Assembly (NCBI GenBank): GCA_965215605.1
Contig: OZ244070.1
Location: 3,136,001-3,200,000 of the forward strand
From: an uncultured Candidatus Binatia bacterium
GTDB lineage: Bacteria > Desulfobacterota > Binatia > UBA9968 > JAJDTQ01
Reading direction: 5' to 3'
DNA: 64,000 nt
Shown in pieces: positions 9,484 to 20,100 of this stretch (position 1 is its first letter; each line of letters starts with the position of its first letter). Made by a program: the position numbers and the translations under genes. Below the pieces are notes generated by a model, which saw only the letters and a list, made by a program, of their open reading frames with translations, was not told where the DNA came from and did not search any database.

Positions 9484-10035
9484 ATGGCGCGTATCGCGAG
9501 TATCAAGGGGAAGGAAGATCTGGGCCCGGAGCACCATGCGGTGTTCGATGCCATCGCGCAGAGCCGGGGCGCGGTGCAGGGGCCGTTTACCATGTTGCTG
9601 AACAGTCCGGAGCTGGCCGCCCGCGTGGCCCACCTCGGCAGCCTCGTCCGTTTCGAGATGGAGCTTCCCCAGAAGCTGAAGGAGCTGGTGATCCTCACCG
9701 TGGCGCGGGAGGTGGATTGTCTGTTCGAATGGTCGGTGCACGCCGGACACGCCAGGGCGGCGGGTATTTCGGACGAATGCATCGAGGCGGTGCGGGAGCG
9801 CCGGGAGCCGCCGGGGCTCACGCGGGAGGAGGCGGACCTCCGCCGGTTCACGCAGGAGCTGCTGCGCTCCCATCGCGTGAGCGAGCCCACCTTCGCCGCC
9901 GTGGAGAAGGCCTTGGGAGCCACGGCGTGCGTGGAGCTTGCGGCCTTCATCGGATACTATGTGTTGCTTGCCTGCGTCCTGAACGCCATGGAGGTGGAGC
10001 CGAAGGAGGGCGAGAAGCCCCTGGATCCACAGTGA
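9484..10035 (+). CDS. Carboxymuconolactone decarboxylase/AhpD-like protein
   Basis: GPFTMLLNSPELA and KLKELVILTVAREVDCLFEWSVH..A..AGI motifs; AGGAGG RBS. Confidence 0.85.
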   Translation: MARIASIKGKEDLGPEHHAVFDAIAQSRGAVQGPFTMLLNSPELAARVAHLGSLVRFEMELPQKLKELVILTVAREVDCLFEWSVHAGHARAAGISDECIEAVRERREPPGLTREEADLRRFTQELLRSHRVSEPTFAAVEKALGATACVELAAFIGYYVLLACVLNAMEVEPKEGEKPLDPQ

Positions 10036-10141
10036 TATCCGCAGGCGGGTGACTGGCCGCCGGCCTCGAAAACACGCGATCAGCCGCGCAGAAGACACGA
10101 GGACGTTGCACCAGCGCGACAAGAGACACGGACGGAGCGAG

Positions 10142-11737
10142 ATGAGCGATCAACCCAATTTCCTTTTCATCATCACCGACCAGCACCGGGCGGACCATCT
10201 GGGTTGCTATGGCAATCCGGTGGTGCAGACGCCGCACATCGACGGGCTGGCGTCGGCGGGTACCCGCTTCGAGCGGTTCTACACGGCCACGCCCATCTGC
10301 ATGCCCAATCGCGCGACGCTGATGACCGGCCGGATGCCGTCGCTTCATGGCGTCCGGCACAACGGCATCCCGCTTTCCCTGGAGGCCACGACCTTCACCG
10401 ACGTCATGGCCGCCGCCGGGTACCATACGGCGCTCATCGGCAAGTGCCACCTCCAGAGTATCAGGGACGATGTCCCGGTCATCGGCATGCCGGAGCCGGA
10501 TCCGCAGCGCGTCCGCCCGCCCGACGTGCTCCGCGAGGCAAGGAAGAAGACCGGCGGGCGCTACGACCAGGAGTTGCCGTCCACGTGGGCGCGGGACCCG
10601 GAGTTCGAGCCGGTGTCTCCGTACTATGGTTTCCAGCACGTGGAGTTGTGCATCAAGCACGCCGACCAGGTGGTGGGACACTACGAGCGGTGGCTACGAG
10701 CCCGCCATCCCGATCCCGAGTCGCTCCGCGGGCGGAAGAACCAGCTTCCGGGCAACCATTGCCAGGCGCCGCAGGCATGGCGCACCCGGGTGCCCGAGGA
10801 ACTCTATCCCACCAGCTACGTGGCCGAGCGCACCATGGCGTTCCTGGAGGAGCACGCGCGCTCCGGGCGGGAGCGGCCCTTCTTCCTCCAGTGCTCGTTC
10901 CCCGACCCGCATCACGCGTTCACACCCCCCGGCCGGTACTGGGACCTCTACCGTCCGGAACAGATTGAGTTGCCGGCCTCGTTCCATCGCGGGGAGCATC
11001 CGGTGCTGCCGCATCTGGCGCGGCTCTACGAGGAGCGGGACCGGGGTGAGGCCAACCGCGACGGCCAGCGCGGCTTCGCCATCACGGAAGGGGAAGCGCG
11101 CGAAGCCATAGCCCTGACCTACGGCATGATCACCATGATCGACGACGCCATCGGCCGCATCCGGGCGCGGCTCGAGGCCTTGGGGCTGGCGGACGACACG
11201 GTCATCGTCTTCACCAGCGACCACGGCGACTTCATGGGCGACCACCAACTCCTGCTCAAGGGCGCGCTCCACTACCGCGGGCTCGTGCGGGTGCCGTTCA
11301 TCTGGACCGACCCGGCACACCAGGGCAGGGGGGTGGTCAACCCCGGGCTGTGCGGCACCCTGGACCTGCCAGGCACGATCCTGCACAGGGCCGGCCTGGA
11401 AGGACCCAACGGCATGCAGGGGCTGAGCCTGCTGCCGGCCATGGACGGCTCGGGCACGGGCTACGATTCGTTGCTCATCGAGGAGCACCAGCGCCGGGGC
11501 TACATGGGCTTCGACAACAATTTCCGGGCCCGCACGCTGATCACGCCGGACCGGCGCCTGACCCTCTACGAGGGCGCGGACTGGGGAGAGGTCTACGATC
11601 TCGATAACGACCCCGACGAGATGCGGAACCTGTGGGAGGAGCCGGGCTCCCGGCGCGCCGAGCTCACCGAGGCGCTGGCGCGCAAGATGATGGCGCTTAC
11701 CGACACGAGCCCCTTGGCCACGCATCATGGACCGTAG
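10142..11737 (+). CDS. Cys-type sulfatase family hydrolase (cytoplasmic)
   Basis: PNFLFIITDQHR, CMPNRATLMTG (CxPxR), GKCH, DPHH and TSDHG motifs. Confidence 0.9.
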   Translation: MSDQPNFLFIITDQHRADHLGCYGNPVVQTPHIDGLASAGTRFERFYTATPICMPNRATLMTGRMPSLHGVRHNGIPLSLEATTFTDVMAAAGYHTALIGKCHLQSIRDDVPVIGMPEPDPQRVRPPDVLREARKKTGGRYDQELPSTWARDPEFEPVSPYYGFQHVELCIKHADQVVGHYERWLRARHPDPESLRGRKNQLPGNHCQAPQAWRTRVPEELYPTSYVAERTMAFLEEHARSGRERPFFLQCSFPDPHHAFTPPGRYWDLYRPEQIELPASFHRGEHPVLPHLARLYEERDRGEANRDGQRGFAITEGEAREAIALTYGMITMIDDAIGRIRARLEALGLADDTVIVFTSDHGDFMGDHQLLLKGALHYRGLVRVPFIWTDPAHQGRGVVNPGLCGTLDLPGTILHRAGLEGPNGMQGLSLLPAMDGSGTGYDSLLIEEHQRRGYMGFDNNFRARTLITPDRRLTLYEGADWGEVYDLDNDPDEMRNLWEEPGSRRAELTEALARKMMALTDTSPLATHHGP

Positions 11738-12746
11738 CCCGGTCACGGCTCGCGGCCTCGAACTCGGCCTGGGCCTGCGCGCGCGGCATCCGTCCGTGTT
11801 GGCCGAGCATTCGCGGCAGGCGGAGGACGCCGGATTCAGCCACGTTTGGCTTTACGATTCGCCCCGGTGCGCGGAGCCCTACGTCTCGCTGCCGTACTGT
11901 GCCATGGCCACCTCCCGCGCCGTCGTCGGCATGGCGGTGACCAACACCCAGACCCGCGACCCCACGGTGGTCGCCAACAGCTTCGCCACGCTCGCCATCC
12001 TCACCGGCGGCCGGGTCAAGCTCGGTCTGGGGCTCGGCGACAGCGCAGTGAAGTTTCTCGGCAAGAGGCCGTCGCGGTTCGACGCCTTCCGGGAAGGCGT
12101 CGAGGTGGTGCAGGGGCTGTTACGGGGGGAGAGCGTGCCGTACAACGGCCGCCGGTTGACGCTGCCCGCGGTGCCGGAAACGAAGCCGCCGCTGTTGCTC
12201 GCCGCCGAAGGCCCGCGGACCTTCGCTTTCGCGGGGGCGGCCTCGGACGGCGCCATCATAAGCCCGGGCGGGTCGCCGCGCTTCCTGCGCTACGCCATCA
12301 GCAAGATCCGCGAGGGGGCCGTACGGGCCGGGCGTGATCCGGAAACGCTCCACGTCTGCGCCTGGACCCACTGCGTGGTGGCGGAGACGACGGAAGGGGC
12401 CATGGACGCGCTGGCGCCCGAGGTGGGCCGGACCCTGGTGAAGGCCTCGGTGCGGATTCCTCCCGAGGTCCTCGGCGCATCCGAGCCGCTGCTGTCCGCG
12501 GAGTTGCAGGCCCACGTGCTGGAGGAAGCCACGCGGCAGGACCACGAGTACGATCTGGCCCGGACCATGCGTTCGGCCCTGGGCGACGACCTGTTCAGAG
12601 AGATGACCCTGGTGGGGACCCCCGACGACTGCGCCCGCAAGATCGCCGAGCTGAGACAAGTGGACGGCCTCAGCCAGATCATCGTCAACATCTACGGCGA
12701 AGACCGCGAGTTCGCGCTGAAGGCGTTGGCGGCCTCCAGCTTCTAG
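11727..12746 (+). CDS. LLM-class flavin/F420-dependent oxidoreductase (Mer-like)
   Basis: AEDAGFSHVWLYDS, VTNTQTRDPTVVA, GRVKLGLGLGDS and GTPDDCARKI motifs. Confidence 0.85.
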   Translation: MDRSPVTARGLELGLGLRARHPSVLAEHSRQAEDAGFSHVWLYDSPRCAEPYVSLPYCAMATSRAVVGMAVTNTQTRDPTVVANSFATLAILTGGRVKLGLGLGDSAVKFLGKRPSRFDAFREGVEVVQGLLRGESVPYNGRRLTLPAVPETKPPLLLAAEGPRTFAFAGAASDGAIISPGGSPRFLRYAISKIREGAVRAGRDPETLHVCAWTHCVVAETTEGAMDALAPEVGRTLVKASVRIPPEVLGASEPLLSAELQAHVLEEATRQDHEYDLARTMRSALGDDLFREMTLVGTPDDCARKIAELRQVDGLSQIIVNIYGEDREFALKALAASSF

Positions 12747-12763
12747 TCTCCTGTCCCGCCTCG

Positions 12764-13693
12764 CTACAGCGGCACCGCCTCGCCTCCCGCCGGGACCTTG
12801 TCCTTGTCGAGTTGCTTCAGCGCCTGATAGACGAAGTCGTGGCCGAACAGCTCGGTCCAGCCTTTCTGCAACCTTCCCACCACGGGGCCGGGCTTGCCCT
12901 CGCCGATGGCGTTGCCGTTGATGCGGGTGAGCGGCAGCACGCAGCGGGAGGTGGTGGTCATGAACGCTTCGTCGGCGTTCATGATGTCGTACAACTGGAA
13001 GTCCGTCTCCTCCACCGGGATGCCGGCGTGTTCGGCGACTTCCAGCACCGCGCCCCGGGTGATCCCCGAGAGGATGTTCTGCACCGGGGCCGTGACCAGG
13101 GTGCCGTTGCGCACGATCCAGAAGTTGGCCGCGGTAAGCTCGGTGACGTTGCCCTCCAGGGTCAGCAACAGGGCATAGGCCTCGGGATCCACCAACTGGG
13201 CCTGCTGCTCCGCCAGCCACAGGTGCATGCGGCTGGTGCTCTTGATCTTGGGGTCCCACACCTGGTTGGGAATGGCGCGGACGCTGGTGGTGACCACGTG
13301 GCCGCCGTAGATGTAGTGGTGGGCGAACTTGTGGAAGGCGATGGGCTCGCACAGGATCACCACCGTGGCCCGTCCGGCCGTGTCAGGCCCCCGGCTGACG
13401 TAGTGGCCCACGAAGTAGTCCTCGTCCGGCCCCAGCAGCCCGCGGTTCTGCTTCACCAACTCCAGGGTAGTCTCGTTCATCTCCTCGTCCGTGAGGCCGG
13501 GGTCCAGCCGCACCGCCTTGAGCGACCGGTAGAGCCGGGCGACGTGCCGGTCCAGGTGAAAGACCTCGCCGCCGAAGGTCCGGGTCCTCTCGAACACCCC
13601 CAGACCCGACAAGAACCCCCGGTCATAGATTGAAATGCTCGCCCGACTCTCGGGCAGGAACTCGCCGTTGACGTATGCCATGCGCTCTGCCAT
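12764..13693 (-). CDS. PLP-dependent aminotransferase class IV (IlvE/Dat/PabC family)
   Basis: YVNGEF..SIYDRGFL.G.GVFE, KIKS (PLP lysine), ELTAAN, LSGITR and ADEAFMT motifs. Confidence 0.9.
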   Translation of the reverse strand: MAERMAYVNGEFLPESRASISIYDRGFLSGLGVFERTRTFGGEVFHLDRHVARLYRSLKAVRLDPGLTDEEMNETTLELVKQNRGLLGPDEDYFVGHYVSRGPDTAGRATVVILCEPIAFHKFAHHYIYGGHVVTTSVRAIPNQVWDPKIKSTSRMHLWLAEQQAQLVDPEAYALLLTLEGNVTELTAANFWIVRNGTLVTAPVQNILSGITRGAVLEVAEHAGIPVEETDFQLYDIMNADEAFMTTTSRCVLPLTRINGNAIGEGKPGPVVGRLQKGWTELFGHDFVYQALKQLDKDKVPAGGEAVPL

Positions 13694-13799
13694 GGGTAAC
13701 CCCCTTCAGGTATTGTCTTGCCCTACATCGTAGGACGTTCGACGGGCATCTGTAAACCGGCCGCCCGAGGCGCCCATCGCCGACGGTGCCAGGCCGGCG

Positions 13800-14432
13800 T
13801 CAGCGCGCTTCGAGCAGCAACTGGCACAGCTCCCGGGGCGAATCCACGATGAAATCGGGGTCCTCTTCGGCGAGCGTCGCCCGTGTTTGATAGCCCCAGG
13901 TGACGCCGACGGTGCGGACGCCGGCGCTCCTTCCGTGGCGGATATCGCCGCGGGTATCGCCGATCATGAAGCCTCCGTCCGGAGGGACGCCGAAACACCC
14001 CAGCGCGTGTCGGATCTTCTCGCTCTTGGCGCCCGGCTGTTTGGCATCGAGCACGAGGGAGACGCATTCGTCCACGCCGTTCCGGACCAGGCCCTGCCTT
14101 ACCAAGTGTTCGTAATTGGCGGTGACGATGGCGATGGTATGGCCCTCGGACAGGGTTCTCAGGAGATCGGCGATGCCCGGGAACATGACCGGCTGGTAGC
14201 CCTCCGCTTCCAGGAACGCGTGGGTCCGGCGGGTGTAGCGATCGATGTCGGACTCCGGCACCCCCAGCAGCGCCGCGAGGCCGGCGGCATTCAGGTCCTC
14301 GATGGTCTCGAAGTCGTTCCGGGTGGGCGGCCGCCCGAGTCCGGTGTCCACGGCCGTCCGCCGGAAGGCGCTCAGGAGTTGGTCGAAGGAATCGACGAGG
14401 ACGCCGTCATAGTCGAAATGGAGCAGGTTCAC
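13800..14432 (-). CDS. HAD-family hydrolase (phosphoglycolate phosphatase-like)
   Basis: FDYDGVLVDS, IVTAN, MIGDTRGDI and GVTWGY motifs. The GTG start overlaps the MoxR stop. Confidence 0.88.
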   Translation of the reverse strand: MNLLHFDYDGVLVDSFDQLLSAFRRTAVDTGLGRPPTRNDFETIEDLNAAGLAALLGVPESDIDRYTRRTHAFLEAEGYQPVMFPGIADLLRTLSEGHTIAIVTANYEHLVRQGLVRNGVDECVSLVLDAKQPGAKSEKIRHALGCFGVPPDGGFMIGDTRGDIRHGRSAGVRTVGVTWGYQTRATLAEEDPDFIVDSPRELCQLLLEAR

Positions 14433-15457
14433 GCCGCGGCGTTGCCCTCCGCCGCGGGCCGGACCTCCTCCATCAGTCGTGCGATGATGTCCAGCGACGA
14501 GAGCCCCTCGGCCTGGGCCTTGAAGTTGGGGATGATGCGGTGCCGCATCACCGACGGCGCCATGGCCTGCACGTCTTCCACCGACACCGCGAAGCGGCCG
14601 TCCAGGATGGTCCGTGCCTTGCTTCCCAGCACCAGGAACTGCGACGCCCTCGGCCCCGCGCCCCATTCCACGTAGTTCTTCACCACCTCGGGGGCCTGGG
14701 GGTTGCCGGGACGGGTGGCCTGGGCTAGGGACACCGCGTAATTCACCACGAAGGGCGACACCGGCACCCGGCGCACGAGCTCTTGGTAGCCGGTGATGGC
14801 CGGCCCGTCCATCACCTTGACCGGCGCCGGCTTGTCCGAGGAGGTGGTCTGCAGGACGATCTGGACCTCGTCTTCCAAGGACGGGTAGGACACCTCGATG
14901 TTGAGCATGAAGCGGTCGAGCTGGGCTTCCGGCAGCGGGTAGGTGCCTTCCTGCTCGATGGGGTTTTGGGTGGCGAGGACGAAGAACGGCAGGTCCAGCG
15001 GGTAGGTGGTGCCGCTGGCCGTGACCCGGTACTCCTGCATGGACTGCAGCAGCGCCGCCTGGGTTTTGGGCGGGGTTCGGTTGATCTCGTCCGCCAGCAG
15101 CACGTTGGTGAAGATCGGCCCCCTCAGGAACTGGAACTGCCGCCGTCCGGTGGCGGCGTCCTCCTGGAGGATGTCGGTGCCGGTGATGTCGGACGGCATC
15201 AGGTCGGGGGTGAACTGGATCCGGTTGAATTCCAGGTCGAGCACCTCCGCCAGGGTGCCGATGAGCAGGGTCTTGGCCAGCCCCGGCACTCCCACCAGCA
15301 GGCAGTGGCCCTTGGAGAAGAGGGCGATGAGCACCTCCTCGATGACCTTGTCCTGCCCGACGATGACCTTGCCGATCTCCGCGAGCATGGTCCGGCGTTT
15401 CTGTCCGAAGTCCTCGATGGCCGCCAGTTCCTGATCCAACAATTGCGTCTCGTCCAT
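14429..15457 (-). CDS. moxR: MoxR-family AAA+ ATPase
   Basis: Walker A GVPGLAKT, RIQFTPDLMPSDITG, LADEINRTPPKTQAALL and ATQNPIEQEGTYPLPEAQLDRF motifs. Confidence 0.95.
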   Translation of the reverse strand: MDETQLLDQELAAIEDFGQKRRTMLAEIGKVIVGQDKVIEEVLIALFSKGHCLLVGVPGLAKTLLIGTLAEVLDLEFNRIQFTPDLMPSDITGTDILQEDAATGRRQFQFLRGPIFTNVLLADEINRTPPKTQAALLQSMQEYRVTASGTTYPLDLPFFVLATQNPIEQEGTYPLPEAQLDRFMLNIEVSYPSLEDEVQIVLQTTSSDKPAPVKVMDGPAITGYQELVRRVPVSPFVVNYAVSLAQATRPGNPQAPEVVKNYVEWGAGPRASQFLVLGSKARTILDGRFAVSVEDVQAMAPSVMRHRIIPNFKAQAEGLSSLDIIARLMEEVRPAAEGNAAA

Positions 15458-15521
15458 GGTGGCAAGCTTCCTTCCGTTGCCTGGAGCCTCGATCGGCCGG
15501 CGGCGTGTCCGCCCCCCGTCC

Positions 15522-17123
15522 CTATGAGGCGGGCAGCTTCCTCATGACCTCGCGGGTCTTGCGCACCCCCGCGTCGTCTCCCGTGGCCTCGTAGACCCCC
15601 ACCAGGACCCGATAGACGCCGGGGTGAAACGGATTGATCTGGAGCGCCTCCAGCAGGGCGCCGCGCGCTCGTGTGTGGTCGCCGGCTTCGTGGTGGAGCC
15701 GCCCGGTCAGGTAATAGGTGTGCACCGCGTCGGGGTCGAGATGCCGGGCCTTCTCCAGGTGCGGCAGGGCCTCGTCGTAGCGCCGGGACTGGATCAGGGT
15801 CTCGCCGAGCCGGTTGAGGATGACCGTGGAGTCGGGCCCGGCCCGTAGCGCCCGGCGGTACTCGGCGCTGGCGGCCCGCAGCCGGCCGCGCTGGCGCAGC
15901 CGGTCTCCCAGATGGGTGCGGTTCCGGGCGATCTCCGACCGGATTTCGGTGAGGTCCACGGAAACCGGCTGGTCTTCCTGCTCCGCGATCTTGAAACGGC
16001 GGATGCGGCTGCCTTGCACGACCGTGAGCCCCTGGCCTTCCACGAAGCGCCGCCAATCCGCCTCGAAGCCGTCCAGCGGCGTACCCATGACCGCTTCGAT
16101 GGCTTCCGCGGTGGAGAGCCGGTTTACCAGCGAAAGCACGTCCCGGATGCCTCCGGGGCCCTTTTGCCGGGTGATGTAGTCCACCGCCGAGGCCACCTCC
16201 GCGTAGGCGAGCTGGACCTGCTCCGGAGTGTCCAGGCGAATGAGGGAGGGCTCCATGTCCTTGAAGCTGACGAACTCCTGCCGTTCGACGGCCGTGGCGA
16301 GCAGGGTCTCGTTGGCCGGCGTGAGGTAGTCCGGCCGCTCGCCTTGCACCGGGTTCCGCCACACGGTTTCGTAGTAGCGCGCGATGCCCTCGTGCAGCCA
16401 GATGGGCGCCTTGTTCCGCGTCATGTTGACGATGACCAGGTGGATGTATTCGTGGACGAGAGAGTCGAGCCACCGGTACCCGTGGGCCATTACCCGCGGC
16501 GAGATGATCATGACCTTGTTGAACTTGCACAGCCCGATAGCGCCGGTCCCCTCGATGTCCCGTTGCGTGAACGTGGTAATGGCGGTGAAGGACTGCACGT
16601 CCGGGGCGATCTCGATCCGCACCTTGCTGCGCGGCTGGTGACCGAGCGCGCGCCCAACCTCCCGGTGCGCCTGTTCCAGCGCCGCCAGCGCGGGTTCCGC
16701 CAGGATGCCGTCGCTCTCTTCGTGGAGGAGAAGCACGAAGTGATCGCTCTCGTAACGCTTGAAGTGCCGGGTGGCGTCGTGTGTCTGCTGCAGCAGCAGC
16801 CGCAGGGCCTGCCGCGGCTCGTTCTCGGCATCGATGGCCAGGGCCTTCTCCACGGTGGCGAGGGCTTGGGCGTAGGAACCTTCGTAGTAGGCCAGCAGCG
16901 CCGCCAGATCCAGCGCGTCCACCGATTGCGGTTGCGTTTCCAGGAGCTGTTCGATGACGGGGCGGGCGTCCTCGACCCGCCACTCTCCCAGGAGCTCTCG
17001 CGCCGTCTCGACGCCGGAACCGTCCGGCGCCGGAGCCGCGGCGTGTCCGGGGGCGGCGGCGAGGAGCATCGCGAGCCACAGGGCTTGGCAGGCGCGTTTC
17101 AGGGATATGGAAGGTGTCGTCAT
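15522..17123 (-). CDS. Secreted TPR-containing peptidase MA-like zinc metalloprotease
   Basis: Signal peptide, HEYIH...PIWLHEGIA gluzincin motif, and TPR repeats at both ends. Confidence 0.8.
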   Translation of the reverse strand: MTTPSISLKRACQALWLAMLLAAAPGHAAAPAPDGSGVETARELLGEWRVEDARPVIEQLLETQPQSVDALDLAALLAYYEGSYAQALATVEKALAIDAENEPRQALRLLLQQTHDATRHFKRYESDHFVLLLHEESDGILAEPALAALEQAHREVGRALGHQPRSKVRIEIAPDVQSFTAITTFTQRDIEGTGAIGLCKFNKVMIISPRVMAHGYRWLDSLVHEYIHLVIVNMTRNKAPIWLHEGIARYYETVWRNPVQGERPDYLTPANETLLATAVERQEFVSFKDMEPSLIRLDTPEQVQLAYAEVASAVDYITRQKGPGGIRDVLSLVNRLSTAEAIEAVMGTPLDGFEADWRRFVEGQGLTVVQGSRIRRFKIAEQEDQPVSVDLTEIRSEIARNRTHLGDRLRQRGRLRAASAEYRRALRAGPDSTVILNRLGETLIQSRRYDEALPHLEKARHLDPDAVHTYYLTGRLHHEAGDHTRARGALLEALQINPFHPGVYRVLVGVYEATGDDAGVRKTREVMRKLPAS

Positions 17124-17146
17124 GGAATCCGGTCGGGGCGGCAGCG

Positions 17147-17171
17147 CGGGCGGGCTTCAAGCCGCCCCAAC
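17147..17171. repeat. Degenerate REP-like hairpin
   Basis: The reverse strand reads GTTGGGGCGGCTTGAAGCCCGCCCG. Confidence 0.4.
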
Positions 17172-17198
17172 ATTGGCCTCGTGGGGCCTTTTCCCCGG

Positions 17199-20100
17199 TT
17201 ATTGCGACAGCTCCTTGAAATAGCGTTCGACCTGTTCCTTGTAGCGGTCCGGGACGCCCTGCTTCAGCGACTCGAGGACCTCCTGGCGAAACCGCTCGGG
17301 CTTGTAGTCGTCTTTTCCGGGGAGCTTGAACTTCTCCGTATCCAGGCCCGTGAGGTTCTCGTCGATATCGTGGTCGGGGAACTGCGGGGTCCCGGTCGGC
17401 GGCAAGAACTGCCCGGAGGGCAGGAACCGGCCGCGGCGGAACATGCGCACCAGCGGTACCCGCCCGAACCGCCCGCGCTGGGCCATCCGCTGCATGGCCT
17501 GCTGCATCTGCTGGCTCGACTGGGAGAGACGGTTGATGGCTTCCTGTTCCGGCGGAATGGCTTGTCCCGGGCGGAGCGAACCCAGCTCGTGGGCGGCCAC
17601 GCCCATGAAGTCGCCCGCCTCGGCGATGTTGTTGACGATCTTCGGATCCAGCGAGGGGAAGAGCTGGAACAGATGCCGCAGCCTTTCGACCAGGTCCCGG
17701 GTCCGGGCCGCCAACACGTCTTCCCGCGTGGCGAGCTCCCGGACCTCGCCCTTCTGGGGCGGGGTCAGCTCTGGATAGGGCAGGTCCTCGATGGCCCGGT
17801 ACTCCCTCGCCAGCGCCGCCAGTATCGCCAGGGCCGCCTTCTGCGTCTCGTCCAGGGCGCCGATTTCCGCGAGCTCTTCGGTCACCGGCTCCAACTGCTT
17901 GGACAGCGCGTCGAAGTCCCGGTTCTCGGTCATGTCCCGCAGGCCCGACAACAGCCCGCGGACGGCCGCATTCCGCTCGCGTTCCGCCGGCGGCCGGGCC
18001 CGGTCGCTTTCCAGATCGGGAGCGGCGAGCAGATGGGCCAGCACCGCCCTGTCGACCTGGGCGCTGGCCGCAAGCCGCTGAACGGCCTGTTCACGCTGCC
18101 CGTCGATTTCTCGAGTGTTGTCCTTGTGGGTGTTCTCGGTTCCCAGCAGGATTTCCTGCTGTTCCTGGAGAATCTGCTGCAACTCGCCGCTGGAGCGGTT
18201 CATGGCCTCCTGCATGCGGGACATCATGGAACCCTGAGCCTGTTGCTGTCCGCTCCGGAGGGAGGCCGCAAGCTGCGCCATCTGGTTGAAAAGCTCCCGC
18301 GCGAGCTGCATGGCGCCCTCGATGTCGCCTTCCCGGAGCTTTTGGCGGATCTGGTCCATCATGGAGCGCATGTCGGAGAACGGCATGTCGCGCAGGTTGG
18401 CGGGGTTGACGAACTGGTCCGGGACCTGGCTCGCGAACTGCATGAGCGAGGCCTGCAGCTCCTGGAGCTGCAGGGAGAGCTTCGACAGTTCCTTCAGCAC
18501 CTCGTCCAGCTCCTTGTTGCCGCTCCGCAGCTTGTCCAGCGAGTCCAGGAAGCGCTCCTGGTCCTTGACCATGTCCCTGGCAGTGGCCGCCATCTCCTGG
18601 CCGGCAAGCCGTCTGCTCACGTCCTCGCTGAGCATCGACAGTCTTTCGAGTTCCGTGGCCATGGCGTCGTGGGCCTGCTCCCGTTCGGCCGGCGAAACCG
18701 CCTGCCGCATCCCTTCCATGAGCTCGGACCGCGCGTGTTCGAGGTTGCTCTTCAGGGTCTCGAGGTCCGCCCAGGTGGCGAAATCGCTGATGCGGTCCGT
18801 GCGGGTGCGCTCCATGGCCTCGTCCACCCGCTGCATCATCCGGTCGAGGCCCTCCGCCAGCCGCGGCGCCGGGTCGCCCTCCGTCGTGTCGTCGGGAGGG
18901 GCTTCGAGGTGGTCGCCCAGCAGGTCCACCATCTTGTCGGCGATGTCGCGGATCATCTCGGCCACCTGGCGGTGCTCGGCCTTGAGGTTCTTGAGACGGA
19001 GGCTCAGGGGCCGGGACTTGACGAGCTTGGGCCCGGAGATGGTGTCGTTGTCGAGCACTTCCAGGTGGTAGACCACGACGTCGCCTTCCTCCAGGCGAAT
19101 GGTGTCGAGATCCCAGATGAAGGTTTCCTGGAGGGTCCGGGCAGCCTCGTCCCGCCACACCGGGATACGCTCTTCCCGCTCGCCGACGACAGCCACCAGG
19201 GTGATTTCCCGGATCCCGTAGTCGTCGCCGGCGCGGTACTCCAGGGCCAGCCTCTCGTCACCGTTCACCTCCAGGTCTTCCGTCGGTTTGAGCAGCTCCA
19301 CCAGCGGAAAGCCGTCGGGGACGGCCACCATCTCGTAGGGGGCCGGCAGGTTCTCGAAGCCGAAGGCATCCTCCAGGCGGATGCGGTACGGCTGCGAGCG
19401 GAACAGCACGACACTCCCCTGAACGGTGTCGCCGGTGATCTTCAGCGGCACTTCCCGGCCGTCGCCCAAGGCGATGACGGCATGGGTCACGTTCTTGTTG
19501 GCGGCGGCGGAAAAGCTCAGGGTCGAGCCTTTGACGCCGCGGACGTTGCCGCTGTTGAAGGTCTCGTCGGCGAGTCCGGTGTAGTGGGGCGGGTAGAGGG
19601 TCACCTCGAGGCCGGTGACGGCCGGTCGTTCCACCGCCGTGATCGTGTACCACGGGGACTCGAACGGCCCGGTCACGACCTGGTAGACGAGGTCTTCCGA
19701 GACCTCCGGAAGCGTGGCCGCGTACCGGCCGTCTTCAACCTTGTCCATGCCGACGGTCTCAGCCGCCTCGGCCGTCTTCCCGGAACGCGCGGGCTTGAAG
19801 ACGAGCTCGACTCGATCCGGACGGGCTCCGGACGTGGCGGCCTGGACCGGCACCGCGTCACCGCGAATGACGCGCACGTCCCGGGTCGCGACGTGAATGA
19901 AGATGTCCGCCGGCGGCAGGTGTTCCAGCGGGTGCGCCACCAGCGCCAGGGTGCGGCCCGGGAAGTCCGGCTGCCACATGGCCAGGGCGAGCACCGGAGC
20001 GGCCGCCAATGCCAGCAGCCGGGCCTTGGCCCGCAGCGGCCCGACGTCCACCAGGGACGCAGGTTCGATGCGGCGAATCTGTTCGCGGGTCTGGCGGATG

